A DNA stretch of 63,315 bases, filler included, from Octopus bimaculoides (Eukaryota): NCBI RefSeq assembly GCF_001194135.2. It is 5 parts of 4 records of this genome, joined end to end, with 100 filler letters (N's around TTAATTAATTAA, not from the genome) between each part and the next. Parts side by side here need not be neighbours in the genome. Positions count along the whole stretch, not along the records: positions 10,135 to 34,435 come from NC_068982.1; 4 more parts are not named here. One strand, 5' to 3'. The position numbers and the translations under genes were made by a program. The notes below the pieces were generated by a model that saw only the letters and a program-made list of their open reading frames with translations, searched no databases and was not told where the DNA came from. Shown here in pieces: positions 13,118 to 25,741 of this stretch (its first letter is position 1; every line of letters begins with the position of its first letter).

Positions 13118-13254
13118 CACAAAAGGTTTTAATTTTTATACAATTCCTAATATTATTTATAGAAACACAACATGATTTTTAGAATATCAAATGATAATGA
13201 AAGTGGTTCATAGGTTAAAAACGGTTGAGAACTACTGTTCTAACTTGTTACTTG

Positions 13255-13435
13255 AACTGCTAAAAACAGCAGCCAAATCTCCCTCAAATATCACATTCAA
13301 CCATCTTCAAAAAAGGTAAAAATGACACATTTAACACTGTAGATCGTATATAAGAAAAATATGCAATGATTACAGTTAGAACACCTTTGATCATCAGCTT
13401 GCTCAACCATGGCTGACCTGGGGTTAAACAACAGA
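13255..13435 (+). mobile_element. Old SINE-like repeat 3' part
   Basis: See 2105-2295; ends GGCTGACCTGGGGTTAAACAAC. Confidence 0.4.
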
Positions 13436-13729
13436 AGGAGGATGGGGTATCATGTATTAGGGAAGGGAATGGTATTTGACTCCTTGTTTATAGGTCTTGG
13501 GTTCAAATCTGCTGCTGGCATTTCATAGTTTCTTTCATACCTTAATTCTGCCTTACCTTGGTTTACATAGCTGTCAAGAATAAGTACCAGATGACCAGGA
13601 ATTATATTCACCATTATGTACTAAGAAGATAATCTGTGACTTTTTTATTTATAAAACAATGGGTGTGAAAAACTACATGCAACCTGTCTGCCAAACCTTG
13701 TTCAGGATTGGAAATTTGCAGCACACACG

Positions 13730-14076
13730 ATAGCACACACACACGTGCACACACATGCACACACACATACACACACACACACAGTCACTTACTCACTCAC
13801 ACATGGACACACACACACTCACTCACACTCACTCACACTCACTCACACTCACTCACACTCACTCACTCACTCACTTACACATGAACATGGATACACAGTC
13901 ACTCACTCACACATGGACACGGACTCACACACACACATACACTCACTCACTCACACATAGACACACACACACACTCACTCACTCACTCACACATGGACAC
14001 ACACACACTCACTCACTCACTCACTCACTCACTCAATCGCTCACACATGCACGCACACATGCACACACACACACAT
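13730..14076. repeat. Compound (CA)n/(CACT)n tract with recurring CACATGGACAC unit
   Basis: Direct inspection. Confidence 0.85.
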
Positions 14077-14834
14077 TGGGAAATGATTGAATATGTATGG
14101 GATGGGTTGATATCACTGATGAAGAATTGCAATAAAAACATTGGCAGAAAGATGGGATTCCTGAGAAACCAAACTTAAGCTATGGGGGAAAACAGACTGG
14201 GTATAGGGGATGGTGTGGAGCTGAACAACTGAAGAGGTGGTAGACACACAATATGAGTGATAGGAGGAGGAGAGATGAGTAAAGTGGAAAGGCCAGGGTG
14301 GAAGTGACATAGGATCAGCCAACAACTTTGAAGAGTTTGTCATTCTCAACCTTTTTGATATCCAGGTCATATCCAAAACCTGGAATCTTTTAGGGGTCTA
14401 CACCCCCTAAAGTAAAACACTAGCCAGTTAAAGGAAAATTTATTATGTTTATAGAGAGAAGATTGACTGTTAGGGGCTGTGAGAAGGATGGTTGAGGGCT
14501 GCATGTGGCCATGGGAGCTATAGCTCAGAACTGCTGTTGTAGAGCAGAAGTTGTTGTACGAGCGGATGGCCTCCATGGTGTGGCTAAAGCAAGATTTTCT
14601 CTGTCTGTCTCCCTAACCTCTGGGAGATTTTAGGTATTATTATACTAATGTGTCCATCTGTTCTAATTTAATTAAATTCTATGTCTTTGTGCAACTGAAG
14701 ATTGCTCTGCATTTTAAATTGATGTAATGATTACATTGTTTAATTAAATGGAGTTGCATGAAATGATTGTACTGCATTACCTCTGGATATCCTTGTTGCT
14801 TATTTTGATTTTCATATACATATATGTATGATCA

Positions 14835-15163
14835 TTACCAGCATCGCCTTACTAGCACTTGTGCTGGTGGCATGTGAAAAAAACATTCGAGCAAGGTCAT
14901 TGCCAGTGCTGCTTGACTGGCTCCTGTGCAAGTGGCACATAAAAGACACCATTTTGAGCGTGGCCGTTGCCAGTACCACCTGACTGGCCTTCGTGCCAGG
15001 GGCACATAAAAGCACCCACTACACTCTCGGAGTGGTTGGCGTCAGGAAGAGCATCCAGCTGTAGAAACTCTGCCAGATCAGATTGGAGCCTGGTGTAGCC
15101 ACCTGGTTCGCCAGTCCTCAGTCAAATCGTCCAACCCATGCTAGCATGGAAAGCAGACGTTGA
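14835..15163 (+). mobile_element. Family C repeat
   Basis: Three tandem units plus conserved 3' module. Confidence 0.85.
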
Positions 15164-15250
15164 TCGAGTAATTACTTTTACTATTTATCAGGAGCTACAT
15201 TGAAAGTATTATTATATATATTATTATAATTTACTCCTCCTATATGTGTG

Positions 15251-15536
15251 TATTTTTAGAAGAGAAAAATATGTAATAATTGAAGTAGAAGAAAGATCAA
15301 TATCATACATGAACTTGTGTTTGTTTATTATATGACAATAATAAGTGAGCTGTATGTGTTATTTTAATTATCTATACAGTAATGGCAATGATATGATATT
15401 TTTATATGAGAAAAACATGTAATAATTGAAATAGAAAAAAGATCATTTTTATACATGAAGTTCAGTTTGTTTATTACATGATAATAGTAAGTGAGATGTA
15501 TGTGTTATTTTATTTATCAATATAGTAATGACAATT
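15251..15536. repeat. Diverged tandem duplication, 146-bp period
   Basis: TATTTTTAGAAGAGAAAAATATGTAATAATTGAAG at 15251 recurs as TATTTTTATATGAGAAAAACATGTAATAATTGAAA at 15397. Confidence 0.8.
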
Positions 15537-15659
15537 ATATAATACAGTTCATTAAAATAGGTAATTTATTCATTCTTGATCATCAACAACACTGTCAATT
15601 GAGTTTTGTACCTGTTGAACTTTGCAACAAAAAAAATAAATATATCGATAAAAAAAGTT

Positions 15660-16235
15660 CTTGGGCAAGTGTCTTCTACTATAGCCTTGGTCCAACCAAA
15701 GCCTTGTGAGTGAATTTAGTAGACAGAAACTGAAATGTGGCAAGCTGGCAGAAACGTTAGTACGCTGGACAAAATGCTTAGTGGTATTTCGTCTGTCTTT
15801 ATGTTCTGAGTTCAAATTCCACTGAAGTCCACATTGCCTTTCATCCTTTCGGGGGTCGATTAAATAAGTACCAGTTATGCACTGGGTCGATATAATCGAC
15901 TTAATCTGTTTGTCTGTCCTTGTTTGTCCCCTCTGTATGTAGCCCCTTTTAGGGCAATAAAGAAATAAGAAACTGAAAGAAGCCCATCATGTGTGTGTGT
16001 GTGTGTGTGTGTGTTTGTGTGTGTGTATGTTTTTGTATCTGTGTTTGTCCCCTCACCATTGCTTGACAACCAATATTGGTGTTTACATCCCATAATTTAG
16101 CGGTTTGGCAAAAGAGACCTATAGAATAATTCTAGGCATACAAAGAATAAGTCCTGGGGTTGATTTGTTTGACTAAAGGTAGTGCTCCAGCATGGCTGCA
16201 GTCAAAATGACTGAAACAAGTAAAAAAAATAAAGA
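15660..16235 (+). mobile_element. SINE family A (headless) split by a family B insertion
   Basis: CORE-like part 15660-15735; resumes at 15969 after duplicated GAAACTGAAA. Confidence 0.8.
15736..15968 (+). mobile_element. SINE family B (tail type 1) with 10-bp TSD GAAACTGAAA
   Basis: Head GCAAGCTGGCAGAAACGTTAG, B-box-like GAGTTCAAATTCC, central GCCTTTCATCCTTTCGGGGGTCGAT, tail AAAGAAATAA. Confidence 0.85.
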
Positions 16236-16956
16236 AAAGAATATAAATATATATTATATTATATATGTGTGTATGTGGACCTTTATGTCTGTGTTTGTTA
16301 CACAAGCCTCACCACTTGACTGCTGGTGTTGGTTCGTTTAAATTCCATAACTTAGCAATTTGCCAAAGAGACTTATAGAATAAGCACCAAATAAACAATA
16401 AAAGAGACATTTTATGAAAGTATAAAACCAAATAGTCATTGTTGGATCACTGTTGATCATAGATGAACTCGATCAGATCAAACCTAGGGTTAAACAGCAA
16501 CAGCAAAAACAAAACAATAGTAAATGATGTCTGTTGTGTATCGTTTTGCATTTCAAAATAAGAATGTGTAAATTATTCTATGATCACAGGTTATCTGTGA
16601 CCTAAATCACTTGGCTATGCTAGCCATGTGTTGTCACTGTACCTGGATGAGTTTACAAGTGAGTCATTGACACAATGGTAGTTTCCTCAATTACTTACAT
16701 TACAATGCAGTTTTCCTCTTGCTGTTTGCCTTTGCAAAAATACTGAAACATTGAGTAATGTAAAAGAACTAAGATTAGCAGATTTTATTTGTTTATTTAT
16801 TTATTTATTTATTTATTTTGTCTCTCATAAAACATTCTCCATCTTTAAGCTTCCAATCCCCTTCTTTTTCCCGCCAGGTACCAACTGATTGTCTATCAAG
16901 TATTACATTAGCCAATCTGCTCGTTGTGGTATTTGATCTGACCTTCTGCATTTTGA

Positions 16957-17237
16957 TGACCGCTGGACTGGTTCCTGTGCAGGTGGCACGTAAACTACAC
17001 CATTTTGAGCGTGGCCGTTGCCAGTACCGCCTGACTGGCCCTCGTGCCGGTGGCACGTAAAAGCACTCACCACACTCTCGGAATGGTTGGCATTAGGAAG
17101 GGCATCCAGCTGTAGAAACTCTGCCAGATCAGATTGGAGCCTGGTGCAGCCATCTGGTTCGCCAGTCCTCAGTCAAATCATCCAACCCATGCTAGCATGG
17201 AAGGTGGACGTTAAACAATGATGATGATGATGATGAT
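16957..17237 (+). mobile_element. Family C repeat, 5'-truncated, between two copies of a 118-120 bp duplication
   Basis: Conserved module and (ATG)n tail; flanks 16839-16956 and 17241-17360. Confidence 0.85.
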
Positions 17238-18234
17238 TTTCCATCTTTAAGCTTCTAATTTTCTTCTTTTTTTCCTCCCGGGTATCAACTGTCTGTTTAT
17301 CGAGTATTACATTAGCCAATCTGCTCATTGTGGTATTTGATCTGACCTTCTGCATTTTGAGTTCAAATCTGATGAGGTTAAAATATGCCTTCCATCGTTT
17401 TCAAGACAATCAAAATGTACCACTCAGTATCTCAGGGTGGAAAGGTCGTATAATTGTTAGAGCATTCAACCAAATGCTTAGCAAAACTTCTGGTTCATTA
17501 CATTCTGAGTTCAAACCCTGCTGATGCCAACTTTGCCTTTCATTCAATAAAATAAATTTCCAGCCAAGTATCTGGAGTAGGACTTATCACCTCCCCTCAA
17601 AATTGTTGGCCTGGAACCCTGCGACAGACTGACATCCCACTCAGAGGCAAAGTTGCAACCTCACTTGTGTAAATGCCATAGAAACTGAATAACCGGCTTT
17701 ATGAGTTTTAGGGCTTATCATCACCACTTAACGTTTGTTTTCCATGCTGGCATGGGTTGGACAGTTTGGCAGGAGCTGGCAAGGCTGGGAGCCATTCTAG
17801 ATACCATTGTCTGCTTTGATATGGTTTCTACAATTGAATGCCCTTCTTAACGCCGACTACTTTACTGGGTCCTTTTTACATAACACCATCACCAATGCTT
17901 TTTTATGTAGCACCAGCACTGGTGATTGTATGTGGCACCATCACCAAAGGGGTCACCATGTACCTTGCAAGACAAAAAAGACAAAAAACCCCTCAATTGG
18001 AATCAGGGAGCAGCATTAAGGGTGGAGAGTGGTTTTGTACCAGAGGAAAAAAATTCAGGATGCTGGATTAACTATAAGAACATGAGACAGGATGCGTTTC
18101 AGTATTTGTACTGAGTTCAAATTTCACCATGGCTTGCTTGGGTAGCAAACATAGTTTGATGCCATTACCCGGTCCTTGGGTGCCTTTGAAAACATCTTCT
18201 CTGTTTCAGACTTCCAAGCCAGTCTGTGGATTAG

Positions 18235-18454
18235 CCCTTTAGCATTTAATCCAATCATATCCAGCCAAAATATTCTACCTGTTTTATGCTGAAACTGGTC
18301 AGATCTGGCTTCCCATACCAACCCTACATTATCGTTCTAAAAATTTACAATTGCCTCATCAAAATTTCAAAGCTACAAAATAATGCATGGCTAATTGAAA
18401 ATAACGTGAATAAATAAGCAATACTTTTGACAAAATAATATGAATACTAAAGGG
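18235..18454. mobile_element. piggyBac-type MITE (220 bp)
   Basis: TIRs CCCTTTAGCATT / AATACTAAAGGG flanked by TTAG (decayed TTAA) and TTAA. Confidence 0.7.
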
Positions 18455-19123
18455 TTAAAGGCCCCTTCCTCCCTACCATCAGCCTCAAAGAGACCTTAGA
18501 AGGGTCACAGGGACTGCATTGCCCTTCTGACTGAAAGATAAATGAGAAAAATACAGAAAGCAAGATTATCATTTTTTTTTTTTTTTAAGTATGTTCTTTT
18601 CTACGTCGCAAAAAATTATTGTCAGGTGAGCATTGTTTCAATGTGTGTTTTAGTGTGGGTTTTTCCCTCTCTTTGAAAATTATTATGATGTAATCAAAAC
18701 TCATCTGATGCTAGAAACACATAAGATGGCCACACCCATTTTACCTTTGTTTATACGTGATAGATCGTCATCAGCAACAAGCTAGTGCAGGCAAGCTGTA
18801 ACATATGTACCAATGCAGAGAACTTTCTAGAACGTTGAAAGCATATATCGAATAAACATCTTACTCAGCTTTTGCACCTGGTGAACTTTGCAACAAAAAA
18901 AATGAATAAATATATAGATAAAAAAAAAACACATCATCACTAACAACAACAACACCAACTGTCTCATTGCTAGGAAGCACATTGATTTGATGTAAATAAC
19001 ACTGAAATAGGTCAATTAACAAAAGTTATTGTCACGTCGCAATTTTGCAACCAGACAGATAAAATAATAATAATAATAATTATAATAATAATGATAATAA
19101 TATTAATGATGATGATAATAATT

Positions 19124-21080
19124 CAACTGAAAGGGTACCAAAAGAGGAGCCAGGGAATGAAGGATCAGCTCTTAATTGATAATCTAATTATTAGGAGCTG
19201 CAAGTGAAGACACACAAACCTGAGCATGTCATGGGTTGACTATCATAAAGCATACAATATGATACCACACTCCTGGATAATAAGAACAATGGAAATGTAT
19301 GGAGTAGCAGAGAATATGAGAAGCCTTATATAAAATAGCATGAAATGCTGGAAAACGGAATTGACAGCAGGGAATCAAATATTAGGTGAGGTGAAAATTA
19401 AGAGAGGTATCTTCCAGGGGGACAGTTTGTCCCCACTGATCTTCATGCTGGGAATGATCCCCTTGAGTTAAATACTACAGGAAACAAAGTTGGGGTATGA
19501 TCTGGGAAGAAGTAAGGGAAAACTGAACCATTAGCTATTCATGGATGACTTGGAAGTTATTCACAAGAAAATGAGGCAGAACTGGACAGCCTGCGGATTT
19601 TCTTCAGTGGTATTAAGGTGGAGTTTGAGCTCTCAAAATGTGCTATGATGGTGATGAGACGAAGAAAGCTCGTCAAGACAGAAGGCATAGAGTTTCCAAG
19701 TGGTGAAATGATGAAGGCAAATCAACCTCAATCTAGTTATAAATACCTGGGAATACTTGAGGTAGATGGAATTAAACACAACAACATGAAAGAAAATACA
19801 AAAAGAGAGTACCTATGGTAAGTAAGAAAAATATTGGCTCCAAAGCTGAATACCAGAAACATAATTTCAGCAATAAACTCGCGTGCAGTTGCAGTATGGC
19901 GCTGGAATCCTGAAGTGGACAGAGGAGGCGCTAAAGGAGATGGACAGGAAGTCAAGAAAGCTTCTAATGATGCATGGAGCCCATCATTTACGTGCAGATA
20001 CTGATCGCCTATACATGAAGAGAGCAACTGTAGGAAGAGAACTGATAAGTGTGGATGTTTGCGTGTGTATTGAACTTGGGAGCTTAATGAGATACCTAGC
20101 CTAAAGTAAGGAAAACTTGTTAGTGTCAGTTAGGAACGAAGGAGTATTGAAAGCAGAGAAAAAAGGGAAAATGAAGGGAAAAGTGCAAAAAGGACATGAA
20201 GAAGAATTACGCAATTAGGGACTACACAATCAATTCAATGTAGCCACAACAGAAGTTGCTGGAAAAAATAGGAAGGATTGGCTGAAGAAAGAAACACTTT
20301 AAAAAGAGACTGAGAGCATTATACTGGCAGCACAAAACCAAGCTTTGGCCACAAACTGGAAGGTCCACCTTTGGAATGAGCAAGTGTCTCCACTGTGCTA
20401 CATCTGCAATAGAGTGGATGAAACCATTGCCGAAATCACGAATGTATGTCTTAGACTTGCACAAAACCACTACAAGTTGTGGCGACACGAATAGGTAGCG
20501 AAAGTGCTACACTGAAAAGTGTGTGAAAGGAGGGGGCTAGAGAAGCAAGACATGGTATGAGCACAAACCACAGAATTGGAGACTAGCAAAATCCTCTGGG
20601 ATTTCCCAATCCAAACTGATCAGGTGCTAGAGCATAACAGACTAAACCTAGTGGTGGTGGAGAAGGTGCATCACATATGTTATATAGTTGATGTTGCATA
20701 CCCCTTTGACCCACGAATAGTCAAGAAGGAGGACTAAAAGATAAATAGATACAACCATCTTAATTACGAAATAGCCTGGGTGTGGAAAATGAAGAAGGTG
20801 GAGATAGTGCCAATTATTGTTGGTTCCTTGGGGTCAGTATCAGAAGGCATCAAAAGGAATATAAAGGAAATTGGAATAGAGTGCCCAGTAGAACTATTAT
20901 AAAATATTTGCCTCCTTAGCACGGCCAGAATAATCAGGTAAGTATCAGACAGCTGAAAAGAACGGATAGCATGGTACCGTAGGCTGCAGGGATCAATCCC
21001 ACTATGCATGTAAGACTCCAGGAGCTCCAACAAAACCTGTGATAAAGAGAAATAATAATAATAACATAATAACAATAATT
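19124..21080 (+). mobile_element. R4/Dong-like RLE LINE, 5'-truncated, about 1.95 kb, multiple stops and frameshifts
   Basis: RT motifs IKRGIFQGDSLSPL, LFMDDL, YKYLGI; zinc-knuckle remnant CYICNRVDETI; RLE region ILWDFPIQTD...IVDVAYP; C-terminal VPIIVGSLG...LLSTARIIR; (AAT)n on both sides. Confidence 0.9.
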
Positions 21081-21239
21081 CATTCTAGTTTTAGCACAAG
21101 ACTAGCAATCTAGAGTGGAGGAGAGAAGGAAACTACATTGATCCTTTAGTACGTGACAGGTACTTTATTTTATTGTCCCACANNNNNNNNNNGATCCTTT
21201 AGTACGTGACAGGTACTTTATTTTATTGTCCCACATGTG

Positions 21240-21990
21240 ATACAAGTTTAACAGGTGTTCAACCTAAATGTCATTACCTGATCACTGAACACGTGTGTTC
21301 CAGGTGGTTTTGCCATGCTGTGTACATCTCAAACAGATTCACTCATTGGCTTCTCTCACACAGCCTTATATGTAGAGTTTATTCCGAACAGGCAATGACC
21401 TCCTGTTGCAGTTCCAAACCAAGGACTTTTGAAAATTATTCATAAGCCCAACCTAAAAGACCTCTTTATGAGACTACATGGTTTTTCTTTACTGAAGGCC
21501 AGAATCCCTTCCAGGTCATCATTGCTCATCATCATCCCTCAATGTGGTTGAACACCCAATCCCAACCAGTTGGGATTCACTGTACAAACAACTTCTACAC
21601 CTAACCCTGGTGCTTGATTTGGTTGTACTGCTCATCCTTTTGATCACTGAGTATAAAAATGTCTCTCATGAGACCTCTGGGTGATTTTCCTGAATCACCA
21701 TCTCACCTTCATGACTTCCTTTCATTCATTTAATCTTTCCACGTGCATGTTAGTCGTCCCTTTTCCTTCCTTTTTTGTTTCTTACACAATACAGGACGGT
21801 CATTGACTCTCCTGAGTTCTACCACCCTTTCTCAGGTTTTGCCTTTTATTCTGCAGGGTGTCCCATAGTCATCCACCCCACCAAGCTAGCTTGGTGGGGT
21901 TGCTGTTTTCATTGCCAATGACCCAACCGTGCAACAGGTTGTACAGGGTTACATGCTACCAGTGTTACACAATAGCTAACTGACAAATAT
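21240..21990 (-). other. Unidentified decayed coding-like segment, probably a TE fragment
   Basis: Higher-complexity block. Minus-strand reading with stops and a frameshift gives RCRSCLYSESQLVG / GVQPH*G..DDLEGILAFS...PGTHVFSDQVMTFRL; family not assignable. Confidence 0.3.
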
Positions 21991-22011
21991 TAGCGCACAA
22001 GAGCGACCTCA

Positions 22012-22113
22012 CAAATCTGATCTGGTAGAGTTTCTACAGCTGGATGCCCTTCCTAACACCAACCACTCTGAGAGTGTAGTGGGTGCTTTTTACATGCCAC
22101 CAGCACAGGAGTC
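22012..22113 (-). mobile_element. Family C fragment
   Basis: AATCTGATCTGGTAGAGTTTCTACAGCTGGATGCCCTTCC. Confidence 0.8.
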
Positions 22114-22116
22114 AGT

Positions 22117-22232
22117 AAGGCTTTGGTTGGCCTGAGGACATAGTAGAAGACACTTGCCCAAGGTGCCACGCAGTGGGACTGAACCCGGAACCATGTGGTT
22201 GGGAAGTAAGCTTCTTACCACACAGCCACTCC
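22117..22232 (-). mobile_element. SINE family A head and CORE-like part
   Basis: Reverse complement GGAGTGGCTGTGTGGTAAG...ACCTTGGGCAAGTGTCTTCT. Confidence 0.85.
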
Positions 22233-22741
22233 TATATACATATAGGAGCTGCTGGCTCTCCAGACCTCAGTCAAACTGTCCAACCCATGCCAGCATAGAA
22301 AACGGACGTTAATCGATGATGATGAGGATATATATATGTATGTATGTATATATATATATATATNNNNNNNNNNNNNNNNNNNNNNNNNNNNNNNNNNNNN
22401 NNNNNNNNNNNNNNNNNNNNNNNNNNNNNNNNNNNNNNNNNNNNNNNNNNTATATAAATATATACACACACACATATATATATATCATTATCATCACCAT
22501 TGTCATTGTTTAATGTCCTAACACCAACCACTTAACAGAGTGTGCTGGGTACCTTTTATGTGTCACCAGCATGGGTACATCTAAGCAGCACTGGCACAGG
22601 TACTTCTTATGTGGCACTGCCACCTGAAAGGACAAACCTGTATGAGTGGAAGACAGAAATATTTTCTTACCTTGCCATGTCTTCTTAATTACAGTAAACC
22701 GCCACATCTCCTGGTCATTTGTCATTTCCTCAATGAGGCCC

Positions 22742-22897
22742 AATGGGCTTCTTTCAGTTTCCATCAACCAAATCGACTCACAAGGCTTTGGTCAGCCTGA
22801 GGTTATCATAAAAGGCACTTACCCAAGGTGCCACACAGTGGGACTGAACCCAGAATCATGAGGTTGGGAAGCAAGCTTCTTACCACACAGCCACGCC
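22742..22897 (-). mobile_element. SINE family A 5' half
   Basis: As above. Confidence 0.85.
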
Positions 22898-23292
22898 TGT
22901 TGTCAAGGATGATTTTTTTTCACTTAAATTTCAGAAATGTTGGGTTTTCCCGAGGCATTTTCAAGAAACTCATTTACACCTTTGTTTATGATTCCAAACA
23001 TATCAATTACAACTGAGGTTGTCTGTATTTTCAGTTGTCACTAATGCTAATTTTATGATCGTAATATTACTATACATGCACAACATATTATTGGTTATTG
23101 TAATATTGTAATATAGGCGTCATCCTAACTAACCTGTTATGTTATCAAAAAAATATAATAACCACTGGGGATATATTTAGTGATGTCCGTCATTTATGGA
23201 CATCCTATATATATATANNNNNNNNNNNNNNNNNNNNNNNNNNNNNNNNNNNNNNNNNNNNNNNNNNNNNNNNNNNNNNNNNNNNNNNNTAC

Positions 23293-23584
23293 ATATATAA
23301 TTTAGAGAAAAAAAACACATTTCTTGAATTCATGCATGAAAATCCACAGTCACATATAGAAAAAATTTAATAAGTAAATACACTAAAAAGACCTATAATA
23401 AAAATACAAAGTAATAAATAGCAAAATAATATTATTTTAATATTATTTTATTATTTTAATATTTATTACTTTGTATTTTTATTATAGATCTTTTTAGTGT
23501 ATTTACTTATTAAATTTTTTCTATATGTGACTGGATTTTCATGCATGAATTCAAGAAATGTGTTTTTTTCTCTAAATTATATAT
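23293..23584. repeat. Near-perfect inverted duplication (about 128-bp arms, 39-bp spacer)
   Basis: 23293-23420 is the reverse complement of 23460-23584 apart from a 2-bp indel and about one substitution. Confidence 0.9.
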
Positions 23585-23687
23585 TCATATATTATATATT
23601 GTGAAATTTAATTTAATTTTAATTTTGATAAATGAAGTTAAATTGAATTTTTACCTGTAAATTTGGATTTTTATCCCTAATATTATT

Positions 23688-23960
23688 ATCATCATCGTCG
23701 TTTAACGTCCGCTTTCCATGCTAGCATGGGTTGGACGATTTGACTGAGGACTGGTGAAACCAGATGGCTACACCAGACTCCAACCTGATTTGGCATGGTT
23801 TCTACAGCTGGATGCCCTTCCTAACGCCAACCACTCCGAGAGTGTAGTAGGTGCTTTTACGTGCCATCGGCACGAAGGCCAGTCTGGCGGTACTGGCAAT
23901 GGCCACGCTCAAAATGGTGTATTTTACGTGCCACCTGCACAGGAGCCAGTTCGGCGGCAA
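23688..23960 (-). mobile_element. Family C repeat
   Basis: (CAT)n tail, conserved module and two tandem units. Confidence 0.9.
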
Positions 23961-23975
23961 TATATATATGTGTTT

Positions 23976-24025
<50 letters not shown>

Positions 24026-24102
24026 AAACACATATATATATGCTTTCGGTGTGAATGGTTTTTTATTATGGCACTATGATTTACAATCCTGTAAATAATA
24101 AA

Positions 24103-24410
24103 AATGGTATTTTTATATAGGCTTAAAGCTTATGGCAATCACCGTGCAACGACTAAGGAAAATAGTCTAATAAAGGGGCATATAAACCCACAACAGAAAA
24201 AAGAAGGTAACACTGTTTGTGGTGTTGGATGAACCATTGAGCAAAATAAGCACATGCTTAGGGCATCAAAGGGATGTGGCTTCGTCTCCCACATGGATGG
24301 GAATGCCTTCTTTTTTCTGTTGAGGGTTTATATGCCCCTTTATTAGATTATTTTCCTTAGTCATTGCATGGTGATCACCATAAGCTTTAAGTTTATATAA
24401 AAATACCATT
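24103..24410. repeat. Inverted duplication or fold-back (105-bp arms, 98-bp spacer)
   Basis: 24103-24207 vs reverse complement of 24306-24410: about 8 substitutions. Confidence 0.9.
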
Positions 24411-25517
24411 ATTAATATATATATATCATCATCATCATCATCATCGTTTAACGTCCGCCCTCCATGCTAGCATGGGTTGGACAATAATATATATATATNN
24501 NNNNNNNNNNNNNNNNNNNNNNNNNNNNNNNNNNNNNNNNNNNNNNNNNNNNNNNNNNNNNNNNNNNNNNNNNNNNNNNNNNNNNNNNNNNNNNNNNNNN
24601 NNNNNNNNNNNNNNNNNNNNNNNNNNNNNNNNNNNNNNNNNNNNNNNNNNNNNNNNNNNNNNNNNNNNNNNNNNNNNNNNNNNNNNNNNNNNNNNNNNNN
24701 NNNNNNNNNNNNNNNNNNNNNNNNNNNNNNNNNNNNNNNNNNNNNNNNNNNNNNNNNATATATATACATATATATATATACGATATTTTCTATGTGAACT
24801 ACGATGAAAAAAAAATATGAGAAAGATATGGTATATATTTTTTTTTTTGTGCGGGCGTTCCTTTAGAATTCTAATTTATTTAAAGGGTTACACAAGGTTA
24901 GAGAGGTTGAGGAACACTGCTCTAATTATTTGATTTTCCCAAATACATTTTCGTCAGATGATATTATCATATGAGTGAGTAAGCATGTTTTATTTTTAAA
25001 ACCATTAACGATAATTGATAGGCCAATTTGGTGTTTACGGAGCGGTTTGTATAAAATGCTATGAAACTGTTGTATCTTATACTTTGTTTGATCATAGGGT
25101 ATGGTGTTGATACCAGTTTTTGACACACTAAAACACGTTTCCATTAGTCTCTAGTGAATGATGATGATAGTGATGATGATGATTGTCAACTTATTGCTCC
25201 CTTCAGCTAGATCTAAAAATATATATTGTTACGTGACAGAGCAAACGACAATATTATTGTCAATCTTCTTATAAGTCGATTTGACCCATCCTGCTCTAAT
25301 GCCTTTGATTCATTGCCATCGTCTTAATATCTGCTTTTCTGTGCTTGTATGGGTTGAACAGAGGTTATTGAAGTAGATTTTTTCTGCTGCCAGATGCTAT
25401 TCATGTCACCAAACTTTGCCTGTTTCTGGTGTTGGATGAACCATTGAGCAAAATAAGCACATGCTTAGGGCATCAAAGGAAGTGTGTGTGTGTTTTGCAC
25501 CACAGAAATGGTAAATG

Positions 25518-25741
25518 AAGGCGGCGAGCTGGCAGAAATGTTAGCACGCCAGGCAAAATACTTAGCAGTATTTGGTCTGTCTTTACATTCTGAGTTCAAA
25601 TTCCGCCAAGGTCGACTTTGCCTTTCATGCTTTCGGGGTCGATAAATTAAGTACCAGTAACACACTGGGGTCGATGTAATCGACTTAATCCCTTTGCTTG
25701 TCCCCTCTATGTTTAGCCCCTTGTGGGCAATAAAGAAATAA
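25518..25741 (+). mobile_element. SINE family B (tail type 1) with 13-bp TSD GAAATGGTAAATG
   Basis: TSD at 25505-25517 and 25742-25754; intact head AAGGCGGCGAGCTGGCAGAA. Confidence 0.9.

Noticed and set aside
14113-14600. Possible very old L2/CR1 3' remnant (minus strand), likewise 31990-32330
   Set aside because: Only a faint resemblance to the S-F-F-P-R-T..W-N-x-L-P tail motif; not supportable by eye.
21140-21235. 43-bp tandem duplication across a 10-N gap
   Set aside because: Exact overlap on both sides of a minimal gap indicates unmerged contig ends.
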